Assembly: GCA_023145375.1 (NCBI GenBank)
Contig: JAGLDY010000007.1
Coordinates: 4,391 to 68,390 of the forward strand
Reading direction: 5' to 3'
Origin: Candidatus Sabulitectum sp.
Lineage (GTDB): Bacteria > Fermentibacterota > Fermentibacteria > Fermentibacterales > JCC-6
Length of the DNA: 64,000 bases
Under the pieces are notes generated by a model. It was not told where the DNA came from. It ran no database searches and saw nothing but the letters and a program-made list of their open reading frames with translations. A program made the position numbers and the translations under genes. Numbering within the stretch: position 1 is the stretch's first letter; every line of letters begins with the position of its first letter. Of the stretch, positions 20,819-30,032 are shown piece by piece.

Positions 20819-22330
20819 ATGCCCAGGTACGGTTGTTTTGAGATAAGAACCAGTTGCAGAAGCTGTGGACATTCCATTCCCATTAACGGACCATTCAGAC
20901 GACTCTCATGCACAGCCTGCTTTGAGGACATGGTGCTTTCTCCTGAGAGAATAGCTGATTTCCTCAATGATTTTGAGGAAGAGTACGAAGGTCTTGCAGA
21001 TAGGCAGGGGCAGGGTGGAACCCTGATGAGCGGTAGTGGTACTTTTAAGTACAGCTATTGGCGATTGAAACCTCGCTGCTCTTCTTGTAAAGCAGTTCTT
21101 CCTCTTACTGAAGAACCCGGCAGTTCCTCTGTGAAATGCACTGAGTGTGGTTCCGTGTATTACATCTTTCCTGTTCCAGAGTGGCTTGGGAAGCTTGTAC
21201 CGTCTGCCAGGCTCTGTTTTACTCAGCAACCTCCTCCGGAAAACAATGACTCTGCCGGTTTGAAGGTGAACGAAAACTCTCAAAAACCAGTGGTGATGGC
21301 CTGCCCGCAGTGTGCTGCGGCACTCTCTGTTTCCTCCGGAAGCGAGAGGATAATGAACTGCAGTTACTGCAATTCGGAGATTTACGTTCCCGACGCTGTC
21401 TGGAAGAGACTTTACCCGGTAAGGAAAAGTGAAGAATGGTTTGTCTCTTTTGAAGGAAAGAACAACAATCAGCTTCAGGCTTCCAGACGTTTGAGGGACC
21501 AGAAGGAAGAGGAAAAAGAGCTGAAAACCTGGCGACTTAGGAATGCACCCAAAAAGGCAGCAGGAAAATTCCGACCAATTCTGATCATCCTTGGAGTTAT
21601 TCTTTCTCTTGCTGTTGTTGTCAGTCTTGTTCTTGTCCTTTCAGGATACAATCAGAAGCGTGTTCTGGGAATTCTAGAGTCACTTCTTCCAATTGTTCTC
21701 ACGGCGGGTGCTGTTCTCATACCTGTGGGATTCGTTTTGCAAACATTGTTTTCCGCGAAGATGGGAAAAGGGAAGAACTGTAAACAGGCAATGACTCTCC
21801 TTTCAGAGAAGCATGGCTGGAAACATGAAGGCGCTGAATACAGTAGCAGCCTGGGATACATTCGTGCAAAGTATCGTGGCAGGGATATTGAAATAGATCC
21901 CGGCGATGACTATGCCATTGAAGTTGATATCAATGATTCACCGTTCTACCTGAACACAGAGCCACCTGGATACCCCCATGAAGGTGTCCGACGATTTACA
22001 TCAGGCGACTGCAGATTTGACGACCTTTTTCCCATAAGGTACACCACTCCCGAACTTGCAGAAAAGATTGAGCAATCAGTTGATCATGCAAAGGTAGTAC
22101 TTGCTCCGATCTACTGGTTCCTGGACAGATGGGAGAAGAAGCTGGGAAGATTAAGGATTGACTGGAGCGATGCTGCAGTTCATCTGATCCCGGGGCACAT
22201 GGAGATCATGGATGCAGGAGGAAAGTATCTGCTGGCGGAAGATCTGGAACCTCTTTTGGAGGATATGACAACTCTTGCAGCAGCCATTGATGCTGTGGCT
22301 TCAGGCAGGGAACCTGATCTTACGGAGTGA
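20819..22330 (+). CDS. Hypothetical membrane protein with three tandem N-terminal zinc-ribbon (CxxC...CxxC) modules
   Basis: Three CxxC...CxxC pairs: CRSCGHS...CTAC; CSSCKAV...CTECGSVYY; CPQCAAA...CSYCNSEIY. Then basic/charged linker, two TM helices (ILIILGVILSLAVVVSLVLVL; LLPIVLTAGAVLIPVGFVL) and a ~190-aa C-terminal domain. ATG at 20819 with AAGGAGG 4 nt upstream is preferred over the ORF-track start at 20792. Confidence 0.6.
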   Translation: MPRYGCFEIRTSCRSCGHSIPINGPFRRLSCTACFEDMVLSPERIADFLNDFEEEYEGLADRQGQGGTLMSGSGTFKYSYWRLKPRCSSCKAVLPLTEEPGSSSVKCTECGSVYYIFPVPEWLGKLVPSARLCFTQQPPPENNDSAGLKVNENSQKPVVMACPQCAAALSVSSGSERIMNCSYCNSEIYVPDAVWKRLYPVRKSEEWFVSFEGKNNNQLQASRRLRDQKEEEKELKTWRLRNAPKKAAGKFRPILIILGVILSLAVVVSLVLVLSGYNQKRVLGILESLLPIVLTAGAVLIPVGFVLQTLFSAKMGKGKNCKQAMTLLSEKHGWKHEGAEYSSSLGYIRAKYRGRDIEIDPGDDYAIEVDINDSPFYLNTEPPGYPHEGVRRFTSGDCRFDDLFPIRYTTPELAEKIEQSVDHAKVVLAPIYWFLDRWEKKLGRLRIDWSDAAVHLIPGHMEIMDAGGKYLLAEDLEPLLEDMTTLAAAIDAVASGREPDLTE

Positions 22331-23347
22331 TCAGTATTTTTTGCCAAACATGTACTGGATAGATCCCTGTACTACTCCCCATCCCAGTACGGCCATGTCG
22401 TAAATGCAGAGAAAGGCAAAGCTCAAAGTTACATTTCTGTTAAGATCTTTCCGGCATCTGTTGAGGAAACCGTAGTGACATACCAGCGCTGAAACAAGAA
22501 GAAGAACTGCAGAGACAAGAGCAGCTGAAGAAAGAAACAAGAGACCCCAGAGAATACAAAGCTGAGCCATTAGAACCAGCAGTATAGAGAGCACAACCCA
22601 TCTGCTGTGGTGTGTTCCTGACTCATGCACATTTATGTACCGGGCCAGGAGCCTCTTCTTGACCTGTCTCCATCCGCTTTTTGCCTGAGCTCTTGCCATT
22701 CTCAGTCTTCTGCTTGTGAACTGAGCCAGCGTGTATGAAGCCAGGTGCGTAACCTGAACGGTCTTGTCTAGAATTATTGTTCCACCGCTTTCCACTATGG
22801 TGTATCCAAGCTCTTCGTCCTCAACGGTGGGCTCAGGTATTCTTACATTGAAGCCGCCTATTTCCTGGAACCGGTCTCGTCTTACGGCTGAACACCAGGT
22901 GGCGAAGGTAGCAGTTCTCCCATCCGGCATTCTGTTGAGACTGTAGTAGTAGTAGTAATTCTGATACTGCGAAACTAAATCTGTTGTCGGGCATACAGGT
23001 GTATACAAGGTTTGAACAGCCCAGACAGATCTGTCATCGAAATGAGCTGTGATCTTCTCGATCAGATCAACAGGAACAGTTACATCAGAGTCCAGAAACA
23101 GTATCACATCACCTCCAGCGGCAGCGGCCCCCATATTTCTGGCAGTTGCCGGGCCCTCTCTTCCCCCGGTGCTTAGAAGAGTAACACCGTACTCTTCTGC
23201 TATGGTCGCTGTGTTGTCGCTTGATCCGTCATCAACGAGAATGACCTCTGAGGGCTGTATGGATTGCTTACTGATAGAATCAAGACACATGCAGATAGTA
23301 TTGCCGGCATTCCAGGCTGGAATAATAACGGAAATAGTGAGGTTCAA
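22331..23347 (-). CDS. Family 2 glycosyltransferase with C-terminal TM helices
   Basis: LTISVIIPAWNAGN...ILVDDGSSDNT...ARNMGAAAA...LFLDSDV are GT2 motifs. TTG start at 23347 with GGAGGA 6 nt upstream. The ORF-track N-terminal extension to 23581 is Arg/Pro/Ser-rich, lacks an RBS, and would overlap the divergent gene 23448-24242. Confidence 0.8.
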   Translation of the reverse strand: MNLTISVIIPAWNAGNTICMCLDSISKQSIQPSEVILVDDGSSDNTATIAEEYGVTLLSTGGREGPATARNMGAAAAGGDVILFLDSDVTVPVDLIEKITAHFDDRSVWAVQTLYTPVCPTTDLVSQYQNYYYYYSLNRMPDGRTATFATWCSAVRRDRFQEIGGFNVRIPEPTVEDEELGYTIVESGGTIILDKTVQVTHLASYTLAQFTSRRLRMARAQAKSGWRQVKKRLLARYINVHESGTHHSRWVVLSILLVLMAQLCILWGLLFLSSAALVSAVLLLVSALVCHYGFLNRCRKDLNRNVTLSFAFLCIYDMAVLGWGVVQGSIQYMFGKKY

Positions 23348-23447
23348 TTTTCCTCCGTACCAGTGTTGAAAGAAGACACAATACAGCTCAAGGAATATAT
23401 TCAAGAATGATGTAGTTGGTACTCCCCCTGGATAAGGTAAGTGTACA

Positions 23448-24242
23448 ATGAAAATACTCTGGCCTGAACTGCTTGTGCTTGTTCTCTTTCTTCTGGGGGA
23501 TCTGCTGTGGGACGGGTTTGCTTCAGCTGCAGCCGGCGCAGGAGCAGGCCTTCTTGCTTTTCTCATTCTTCTTGCATTCAAAAAGAAGAAACCGGGGTTG
23601 ATAGTTGAAGGACTGACCTTTGGCGGGATTACTGCTTTGGGCGAATTTGTGGATTATCCCGGCGGCACTCTTCTGCTCATGGAACTTGTTTTCGCAGTGA
23701 TTTTGCTGGTTTCTGTTATCTCCGGCAAAGATATCATTTCAAGAATGGCTGGAGGGTTTGGAAGAGGATTATTTTCAGAGCAGCAGTCCAGAGTTCTCTC
23801 CATGACACTTGGATCTGTTTTTCTCCTGCATTCACTGCTGTGCACAATACTCGTTCTTCTTGGACATTTCAGCTGGTGGGTTGGTTCGATTCTCTTTGCT
23901 GTTATGTATCTGCTGGCTTTGAGAATGAGCAAAGCAGGGATGAAGAGTGCTATTCTGGATAGCCTCCCGATTCTTATCGAAGAGAAAGATTGTTTTTACT
24001 GCCTTAAGGTGGATGGACTTGTTACCGGGAGGATCCAGATCATTGAAGAGGCCGGCGCTACCTCCACTGTTGGAATTTCAGTTGTTGAAACAGAACCCCA
24101 CAAGTTTCTCAAACAGCTTGAGGCGGCACTGAAAAGGAGGGGAACCAGGAATCTGACTGTTGAAGGTTGGAGCCTGGACGAGATCGAGATGGAGATGCAG
24201 GGATTCGTCAAGTTTGATGGTAAGTGGAGAAAAAGACTTTAA
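23448..24242 (+). CDS. Hypothetical integral membrane protein
   Basis: Five to six hydrophobic helices (LLVLVLFLLGDLLW, GLLAFLILLAF, LLLMELVFAVILLVSVI, LGSVFLLHSLLCTILVLLG, VGSILFAVMYLLAL), then a charged C-terminal tail. AAGGTAAG 6 nt upstream of the ATG. Confidence 0.55.
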   Translation: MKILWPELLVLVLFLLGDLLWDGFASAAAGAGAGLLAFLILLAFKKKKPGLIVEGLTFGGITALGEFVDYPGGTLLLMELVFAVILLVSVISGKDIISRMAGGFGRGLFSEQQSRVLSMTLGSVFLLHSLLCTILVLLGHFSWWVGSILFAVMYLLALRMSKAGMKSAILDSLPILIEEKDCFYCLKVDGLVTGRIQIIEEAGATSTVGISVVETEPHKFLKQLEAALKRRGTRNLTVEGWSLDEIEMEMQGFVKFDGKWRKRL

Positions 24243-24450
24243 TCTTCACCCGTTCCGTGAAGACATGTTCCTTCTTAAATTCAGTTCCATATTTACACTG
24301 ATTCGACTACGGAGTTTCATGGTCTGTTTCACCATCATCAGAGCTTGACTTTCACAAAGTGTAATGCCATTGTAGAAATCCGTGGAGCCACAAGGTACAT
24401 CATATTAATAGATTGTTATTACTGATAAACATAGCAAGGAGGTCCCTCAA

Positions 24451-24696
24451 TTGACCGATGCCAAGTACCCTCGTTCAGAGGTGGATCCAGACAAGTGTAA
24501 GGGCTGTGGATTGTGTATCGCAGCCTGTCCCAAAAAGGTTCTGGTATTCTCGCCTAAGCTGAACTCAAAAGGTTATCACTACGCAGAGTATGTTGGTAGT
24601 GGTTGTGTTGGATGTGGTAATTGTTTCTACAACTGTCCTGAGCCAGACGCCATTACCGTGTATTTAAGAAACTACGACCCGGAAAAGGTGGTGTAA
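24451..24696 (+). CDS. korD: 2-oxoacid:ferredoxin oxidoreductase delta subunit (2x[4Fe-4S] ferredoxin)
   Basis: Two CxxCxxCxxxCP motifs ([24 protein letters not shown]). TTG start with AGGAGG upstream. Lies immediately upstream of the alpha subunit. Confidence 0.85.
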   Translation: MTDAKYPRSEVDPDKCKGCGLCIAACPKKVLVFSPKLNSKGYHYAEYVGSGCVGCGNCFYNCPEPDAITVYLRNYDPEKVV

Positions 24697-24697
24697 A

Positions 24698-25756
24698 ATG
24701 GCCAGAATGCTAATGAAAGGTAACTATGCAGCTGTATACGGTGCCGCCATGGCCGGGTGCACTGCATACTATGGATATCCCATAACACCTGCAAGCGAGA
24801 TTGCAGAATCTGCTGCTGCGCTTTTTCCCAAGCTGGGAAGAATTTTCCTACAGGCTGAGAGTGAAGTTGCGGCTATTAATATGGTTTACGGCGCTGCCGG
24901 TAGCGGCCAGAGGGTAATGACCGGAAGCTCCGGTCCTGGAATCAGTTTGAAGTCTGAAGGTATCTCTTACTGTGCAGGTGCTGCACTGCCCTGTGTGATC
25001 GTTGATATCATGCGTGGCGGTCCCGGGCTTGGAAACATCGGGCCGGAGCAGAGTGACTACAACCAGGTTGTAAAAGGTGGCGGGCACGGAAACTACAAGA
25101 ACATAGTTCTCGCCCCGAACAGCAGTCAGGAAATGTGTGACTACACCATGCTGGCTTTTGAGTTGGCAGACAAGTACAGAACGCCTGTTTTTGTACTTAC
25201 CGACGGTGTTATTGGCCAGATGATGGAATCTGTAACGATTCCCGAGCCGGTAAAAGAACTACCTGATAAGAGCGACTATGCAGTTTTCGGCAATCCCCTT
25301 CACAAGAACCTCGTTAACTCCATTTACATAGATCACGATGATCTTGAAGCATGGAACATGGTTCTTTACAAGAAGTACCAGCAGATCGAAGAAAACGAAG
25401 TTCGTTTTGAAGAATACATGATGGACGATGCTGAAATTGTAGTTGTCGGTTACGGTTCTGTGAGTAGAGTTCTCAGAACTGCAGTTGATGACGCCCGTGC
25501 AAAGGGAGTTAAAATGGGGCTTTTCCGTCCCATTACGCTGTTCCCTTTCCCGGTGAATGAAATAGCAGCGTTTCCAGGTCGCGGTGTAAAACATGTTCTC
25601 ACGGTTGAGCTTTCAACCGGTCAGATGGTTGATGATGTAAATCTTGCTCTGGGTGGAGTGATTAAGAGTGATCTTTACTTCCGTCTTGGTGGAAATGTCC
25701 CGTCAGCGGATGAAATTACCGGGAAAGTCTCCGAGCTTTATGGGGAGGTAAAGTAA
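24698..25756 (+). CDS. korA: 2-oxoacid (2-oxoglutarate/pyruvate/2-ketoisovalerate):ferredoxin oxidoreductase alpha subunit
   Basis: [29 protein letters not shown]...[32 protein letters not shown]...[14 protein letters not shown] is the KorA/PorA signature. Confidence 0.9.
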   Translation: MARMLMKGNYAAVYGAAMAGCTAYYGYPITPASEIAESAAALFPKLGRIFLQAESEVAAINMVYGAAGSGQRVMTGSSGPGISLKSEGISYCAGAALPCVIVDIMRGGPGLGNIGPEQSDYNQVVKGGGHGNYKNIVLAPNSSQEMCDYTMLAFELADKYRTPVFVLTDGVIGQMMESVTIPEPVKELPDKSDYAVFGNPLHKNLVNSIYIDHDDLEAWNMVLYKKYQQIEENEVRFEEYMMDDAEIVVVGYGSVSRVLRTAVDDARAKGVKMGLFRPITLFPFPVNEIAAFPGRGVKHVLTVELSTGQMVDDVNLALGGVIKSDLYFRLGGNVPSADEITGKVSELYGEVK

Positions 25757-27192
25757 TGAAAAAGACAGTACTCAGAAAACCAAAAGGTTTTATCGATGTG
25801 TACAAGCACAAGCCTGGTGCCGAGAAAGACAGAACTCACTACTGCCCGGGATGTGGCCACGGTATTCTTCACAAACTGATAGCAGAAGCAATTGAAGATC
25901 TGGATATCATAGACGATACAATTCTGATAAGCCCTGTGGGCTGCAGTGTTTTTGCTTACTACTACTTCGACACAGGTAACTTCCAGGTTGCTCATGGCCG
26001 GGCACCTGCCGTTGGAACAGCGGTGAGCAGGGCCAATCCCGACAAGGTAGTTATCAGTTATCAGGGTGACGGAGATCTTGCAGCTATTGGCGGAAACAAT
26101 ATTCTCCAGGCTGCAAACAGGGGAGAAAACATTGCAGTTTTCTTTGTGAATAATGCTATCTACGGTATGACAGGTGGGCAGATGGCTCCAACGACACTTC
26201 TGGAGCAGATAACCACCACAACACCCTACGGAAGAAATGCCAATACTGACGGCTTTCCCATGAAGATGTGTGAGGTGCTAAGTCAGCTCAGTGCTCCAAC
26301 CTATGTAGAGCGTGTTTCACTTCACGATGCGCCTCACATCAGGAGAACCCGTGCTGCTGTTCGCAAAGCTCTCCAGAACGCAAAGGAGAGAAAGGGCTTC
26401 CAGTTTGTGGAAGTTCTTTCCACCTGCCCCAGCGGTTGGAAAATTGACCCGGTCAAGAGCATGGAATGGGTTAAGGAGAAGATGCTTCCACAGTTCCCTC
26501 TTGGGGTTTACAAGGACGTTAGTAACGAAGCGGTGGCAGTTGAAAGACCTGTGCCGATTTTTGACCCTGCTATAGTTTGGGAGAAACTTGGGATATCTTC
26601 TGTGGCAGATGTTGACTTCCCCAGAGGTGATGTTCCCGATGAGTACCGTAAGATGTCTATCAGAGTGGCCGGTTTTGGTGGTCAGGGTATTATGGTTACA
26701 GGGCAGGCTCTTGCCAGTGTAGCTCTTGAATACGGTTACAATGTTTCATGGCTTCCCAGCTACGGCCCGGAGATGCGAGGCGGAACGGCAAACTGTTCTG
26801 TGAACATACAGGATGGTACTATCGGTGCTGCTGAAGCAGTAAAGCCTGGTTTGCTTTTAGCAATGAACCGACCCAGTCTGGAGAAGTTCGAGAAGTTCAT
26901 AGTGCCGGGTGGAACACTGATCTACAACAGCACGCTCATAGACATTAAGCCTGTACGGAATGATATCAAGGTTTTTGCCATACCTATCACTGGAATAGCG
27001 GATGAACTGGGTAACACCAGGGTTCAGAGTCTTGTTAACATCGGTGCCTATGCAGCTATCACAGGCATGTTCAATGTGGATCATGTAGTGGAACTGCTAC
27101 CGAAGCTCTTCAAGGGCAAGAAACAGGCTATTATTGATCTGAATGCAAAAGCAGTGAAAGCCGGTTATGACTATGTAAAGGAGAATTTCTAG
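25756..27192 (+). CDS. korB: 2-oxoacid:ferredoxin oxidoreductase beta subunit (TPP-binding) fused to the gamma subunit
   Basis: N-terminal half: CPGCGHG...GDGDLAAIGGNN...GMTGGQ (TPP/Cys-cluster beta subunit). C-terminal half from MSIRVAGFGGQGIMVTGQALA...GPEMRGGTANCSV is the gamma subunit. Start overlaps the korA stop (TAATG). Confidence 0.9.
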   Translation: MKKTVLRKPKGFIDVYKHKPGAEKDRTHYCPGCGHGILHKLIAEAIEDLDIIDDTILISPVGCSVFAYYYFDTGNFQVAHGRAPAVGTAVSRANPDKVVISYQGDGDLAAIGGNNILQAANRGENIAVFFVNNAIYGMTGGQMAPTTLLEQITTTTPYGRNANTDGFPMKMCEVLSQLSAPTYVERVSLHDAPHIRRTRAAVRKALQNAKERKGFQFVEVLSTCPSGWKIDPVKSMEWVKEKMLPQFPLGVYKDVSNEAVAVERPVPIFDPAIVWEKLGISSVADVDFPRGDVPDEYRKMSIRVAGFGGQGIMVTGQALASVALEYGYNVSWLPSYGPEMRGGTANCSVNIQDGTIGAAEAVKPGLLLAMNRPSLEKFEKFIVPGGTLIYNSTLIDIKPVRNDIKVFAIPITGIADELGNTRVQSLVNIGAYAAITGMFNVDHVVELLPKLFKGKKQAIIDLNAKAVKAGYDYVKENF

Positions 27193-27206
27193 CCTGATAC
27201 CAGTAG

Positions 27207-27246
27207 ATAACCCGGTGGGATTCGTCCCTCCGGGTTATTCTTTATC
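27207..27246. terminator. Bidirectional rho-independent terminator between convergent korB and the radical SAM operon
   Basis: ATAACCCGGTGGG attcgt CCCTCCGGGTTAT (13-bp stem, one mismatch), then TTCTTTAT. T-rich on both strands' 3' sides. Confidence 0.5.
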
Positions 27247-28737
27247 TGCAGAAAACCAGGAAACCTCACGAATCTCTACTGTTCTCTGCTTTCTTACATG
27301 TCTGTCCCAAAGGTCTGCCATGAAACGATACACAGTCATATCACTCTTCATTGAGAACCTGCGGGTGAAAAGAGCTGCAATGCTTCGCAGTACTTTCACA
27401 GGATGTGTTATCGTCTTTATCACTGCGAACTGAATGTATATCCAGATCCTTGCATAAGTGATCAGTTTGTAATTGTCTCTCCATGTGGGAGAGAAATTTA
27501 TGTTCTCGAACTCAATATCATCCGGCTTCAGATCAGCCACATCTGTCTCCGGTAGCGGGGTCAGCATGAAAGCTACGATCTCGTCCATTCCGAGAACAAT
27601 AAGCTCCCTGATGAATTTGTATGTCAGCTTCCTGTCCTCCTTTTCTTCTCCGGGAAAACCAAGAACAAAATTGCAGTTGACCCGGATCCCGATCTTGTTA
27701 CACCAGTGAACAACCTTTTTTACGTGGTCAAGATCAACCGGCTTATTCATGAGTTTAAGCACCTTCCTGGAAGCTGACTCAGGAGAAAGAGCAAAGTATT
27801 TGCAGCCGGAATCGTAGAGCATTTGAAGTTCTTCCTCTCCAACGGTTTCCACCTTTATCCCCGAAGGAAAGCAGTATGTGTAGTTTCTTTTCCTCTTAAT
27901 CAGTTCCCTGGTGAATTCTCTCGTTCTTTCCTTTGACAGGGAAAAATTCTCATCCTGAATATGGAAATCACTTACGCCGTAGCGGTGATGGTAATAGTCC
28001 ATCTCGTCAACAATTCTGGACGGACTTTTTGCCATCCAGTGACCTCCCCACATTTTCGGAGTCTGGCAGAAAGCACAGGCAAAAGGGCAGCCTCTACTTG
28101 TAAACATTGTGATGTATTTACCCTCCCTTACCGGACCATGAGCGTAGTGCAACTTCCAGTAGTTATCCAGGGGGATAGGATCAAAATATGCAAAAGGGAG
28201 GTCTTCTATTGGGCAAACTTCCGGTGTTCTCGCTTTGTTAAAACCGCTTCCAAATATGCCGTTCATAGAAAAGTTCTCACCGGACTCAAGCATTCGAAGA
28301 AGCATTGGCAGACGATGTTCACCTTCACCCTGAAGCAGATAGTCTGCTCCTGCTTCTAGAAATGGATCAACACAGAAAGTTGTGTGGTATCCTCCAACAA
28401 CCAGAGGAATATCCGGGAATCTCAGCTTTGATTCCTTTATGATCCGGATTGCCATTCCGTGCTCCAGTGTACAATGGACTGAAACACCGATCACATCAAC
28501 ATCCCCTGGAATGCATGCAACAATTTCATCAGGAAGTAGTCCCCGGGCCTCGAATTTATCCAGATATGAAGTGAAACGGTGAGGAGCGAGTCCATAGGCA
28601 TCCACAATGGCTATCTGATGGCCTGCCTTCAAAAGCACACTTGCCAGGTAGGGTAGATTGGCTGGAATCCCAGGCGTGGAGCCAAAAGGGCTGTTCTTCA
28701 AATTCACGATGGGAGTTCTTAAAAAAGCCATTTTCAT
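27235..28737 (-). CDS. B12-binding (class B) radical SAM enzyme
   Basis: N-terminal B12-binding-like domain (IAIVDAYGL...DVIGVSVHCTLEH...PLVVGGYH), then SRGCPFACAFC (CX3CX2C) and a radical SAM core. Translationally coupled to the upstream radical SAM gene (ATGA overlap at 28734-28737). Confidence 0.85.
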   Translation of the reverse strand: MKMAFLRTPIVNLKNSPFGSTPGIPANLPYLASVLLKAGHQIAIVDAYGLAPHRFTSYLDKFEARGLLPDEIVACIPGDVDVIGVSVHCTLEHGMAIRIIKESKLRFPDIPLVVGGYHTTFCVDPFLEAGADYLLQGEGEHRLPMLLRMLESGENFSMNGIFGSGFNKARTPEVCPIEDLPFAYFDPIPLDNYWKLHYAHGPVREGKYITMFTSRGCPFACAFCQTPKMWGGHWMAKSPSRIVDEMDYYHHRYGVSDFHIQDENFSLSKERTREFTRELIKRKRNYTYCFPSGIKVETVGEEELQMLYDSGCKYFALSPESASRKVLKLMNKPVDLDHVKKVVHWCNKIGIRVNCNFVLGFPGEEKEDRKLTYKFIRELIVLGMDEIVAFMLTPLPETDVADLKPDDIEFENINFSPTWRDNYKLITYARIWIYIQFAVIKTITHPVKVLRSIAALFTRRFSMKSDMTVYRFMADLWDRHVRKQRTVEIREVSWFSADKE

Positions 28738-29816
28738 GATCTATTTTTCCTTGATGAAAAGAACTGGGAAATTGTAGCCCCCAGCAGAGAAGGCAGGAAA
28801 GATGGAGTGGAAACAATATTTGTAGAAATAGCACATTCCCAGGTGCATGAACATTTGTTCCGGTTCATGGTGTGAAGAATTTCTTTGGACTCTTTTAGAA
28901 TTTTCCTGAGATCGTAGTTACTTTTGCGCAGATCCCCCAGGATGTCCTCTCGCGCTTCGCACAACCGCACTATTCCTGTCTCAGTAATGACTGTGATCTT
29001 TCTGCCCGCAGTACATCTGGAGATGTGTTCTCCGTTCATGATCCTGCGCAGGTTTTGTATATACACCGAATTCAGACCGCGGAAAAAGGGGCTCAGGAAT
29101 CTTGTTTCCTTTGAGGTGCTTGCTTTTCTGTACACCATTATTTCCTCAAGGAACTGGTCTGTGTTCAACCCGTCAACAGTTACATTGGGCCAATCAGGTC
29201 TTAACAGGTGAAGCTCATGGTTGTCTGGATTGATCTTTTCTCTAACCCATTCCCGAAGTTCAGAATGAACCGAAGCGTTTTCCTGAAGATAGACTGTGAG
29301 TATATCCAGGGTAAGATTGTTTCTGGATTGCTTCAGGGTGTTTATTCTCTCAGTAGTCTCAAGGATACTGTCGAGGCATCCAGGTACTCCTCGGATATCA
29401 TCGTGCTTCTTATTACTGAAATCGACACTGAATGCAGCCCTGAAGTGGCATCCAGGATATTTTTCCGTGAGATTTGCAAATAGTTTCTCAGAGCGATCAG
29501 GTGATAGTCCGTTTGATGGAATGGTAATGAACTGAGAGTTTGCATTCTTTATGAAGAATCCAACCACTTCCTCCAGATCATTCCTGAGAACAGGTTCTCC
29601 GCCTGAAAGAAGAAGATAGGGGATGTTACCGCACTTCTTTGATATGCGTTCCATCTCATCTGTGGTGAGTTCACTCACAGAATCTTTGTCTTTGTTCAGT
29701 TCATCAGCATAGAAGCAGAAACTGCATCTGGCATTACATCTCGATGTTACAAACAGGATCAGGAACGAAGGTTGTGCAGGGTTAAGGTAACTGGCTGCCA
29801 TTTTTACAAGATTCAT
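28734..29816 (-). CDS. Radical SAM enzyme with C-terminal Cys-rich auxiliary-cluster (SPASM/twitch-like) region
   Basis: FVTSRCNARCSFC (CX3CX2C) and a GGEP motif (LLLSGGEPVL). C-terminal cysteines (ISRCTAGRK...RLCEARED...KCSCTWECAIS) are consistent with an auxiliary Fe-S domain of peptide/protein-modifying radical SAM maturases. Confidence 0.8.
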   Translation of the reverse strand: MNLVKMAASYLNPAQPSFLILFVTSRCNARCSFCFYADELNKDKDSVSELTTDEMERISKKCGNIPYLLLSGGEPVLRNDLEEVVGFFIKNANSQFITIPSNGLSPDRSEKLFANLTEKYPGCHFRAAFSVDFSNKKHDDIRGVPGCLDSILETTERINTLKQSRNNLTLDILTVYLQENASVHSELREWVREKINPDNHELHLLRPDWPNVTVDGLNTDQFLEEIMVYRKASTSKETRFLSPFFRGLNSVYIQNLRRIMNGEHISRCTAGRKITVITETGIVRLCEAREDILGDLRKSNYDLRKILKESKEILHTMNRNKCSCTWECAISTNIVSTPSFLPSLLGATISQFFSSRKNRS

Positions 29817-30032
29817 TCAATCAAACTTTCCGCAGAGTTGTTGTTGGATCCAGCATACTACAGCCAAATATACATCAGCCGAGGCAGTGAAACTAAAAAG
29901 TACATACTCGTTGCATGAGATTCGCAGTGTTCAACCATTGCAATGATAGCCTCAGGCAAGTGGGTTTTTAGCATTGGGAAAATTGTGTATTATTGATGCG
30001 TGTAGAAACCTTTTAATTTACTGGAGGGCGAA

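Noticed and set aside
22331-23581. 416-aa version of the minus-strand GT2 (ORF-track start at 23581)
   Set aside because: The first 78 aa are Arg/Pro/Ser-rich with no RBS and would overlap the divergent gene 23448-24242. A TTG at 23347 sits 6 nt downstream of GGAGGA and begins exactly at the GT2 fold (MNLTISVIIPAWN).
29817-30032. Micro-ORFs as radical SAM precursor peptides (18 aa MRFAVFNHCNDSLRQVGF on the plus strand; 27 aa MLKTHLPEAIIAMVEHCESHATSMYF on the minus strand)
   Set aside because: Neither has a Shine-Dalgarno site or the Cys/Gly-rich core typical of known SPASM substrates. They are mentioned only as things to test and are not called as features.
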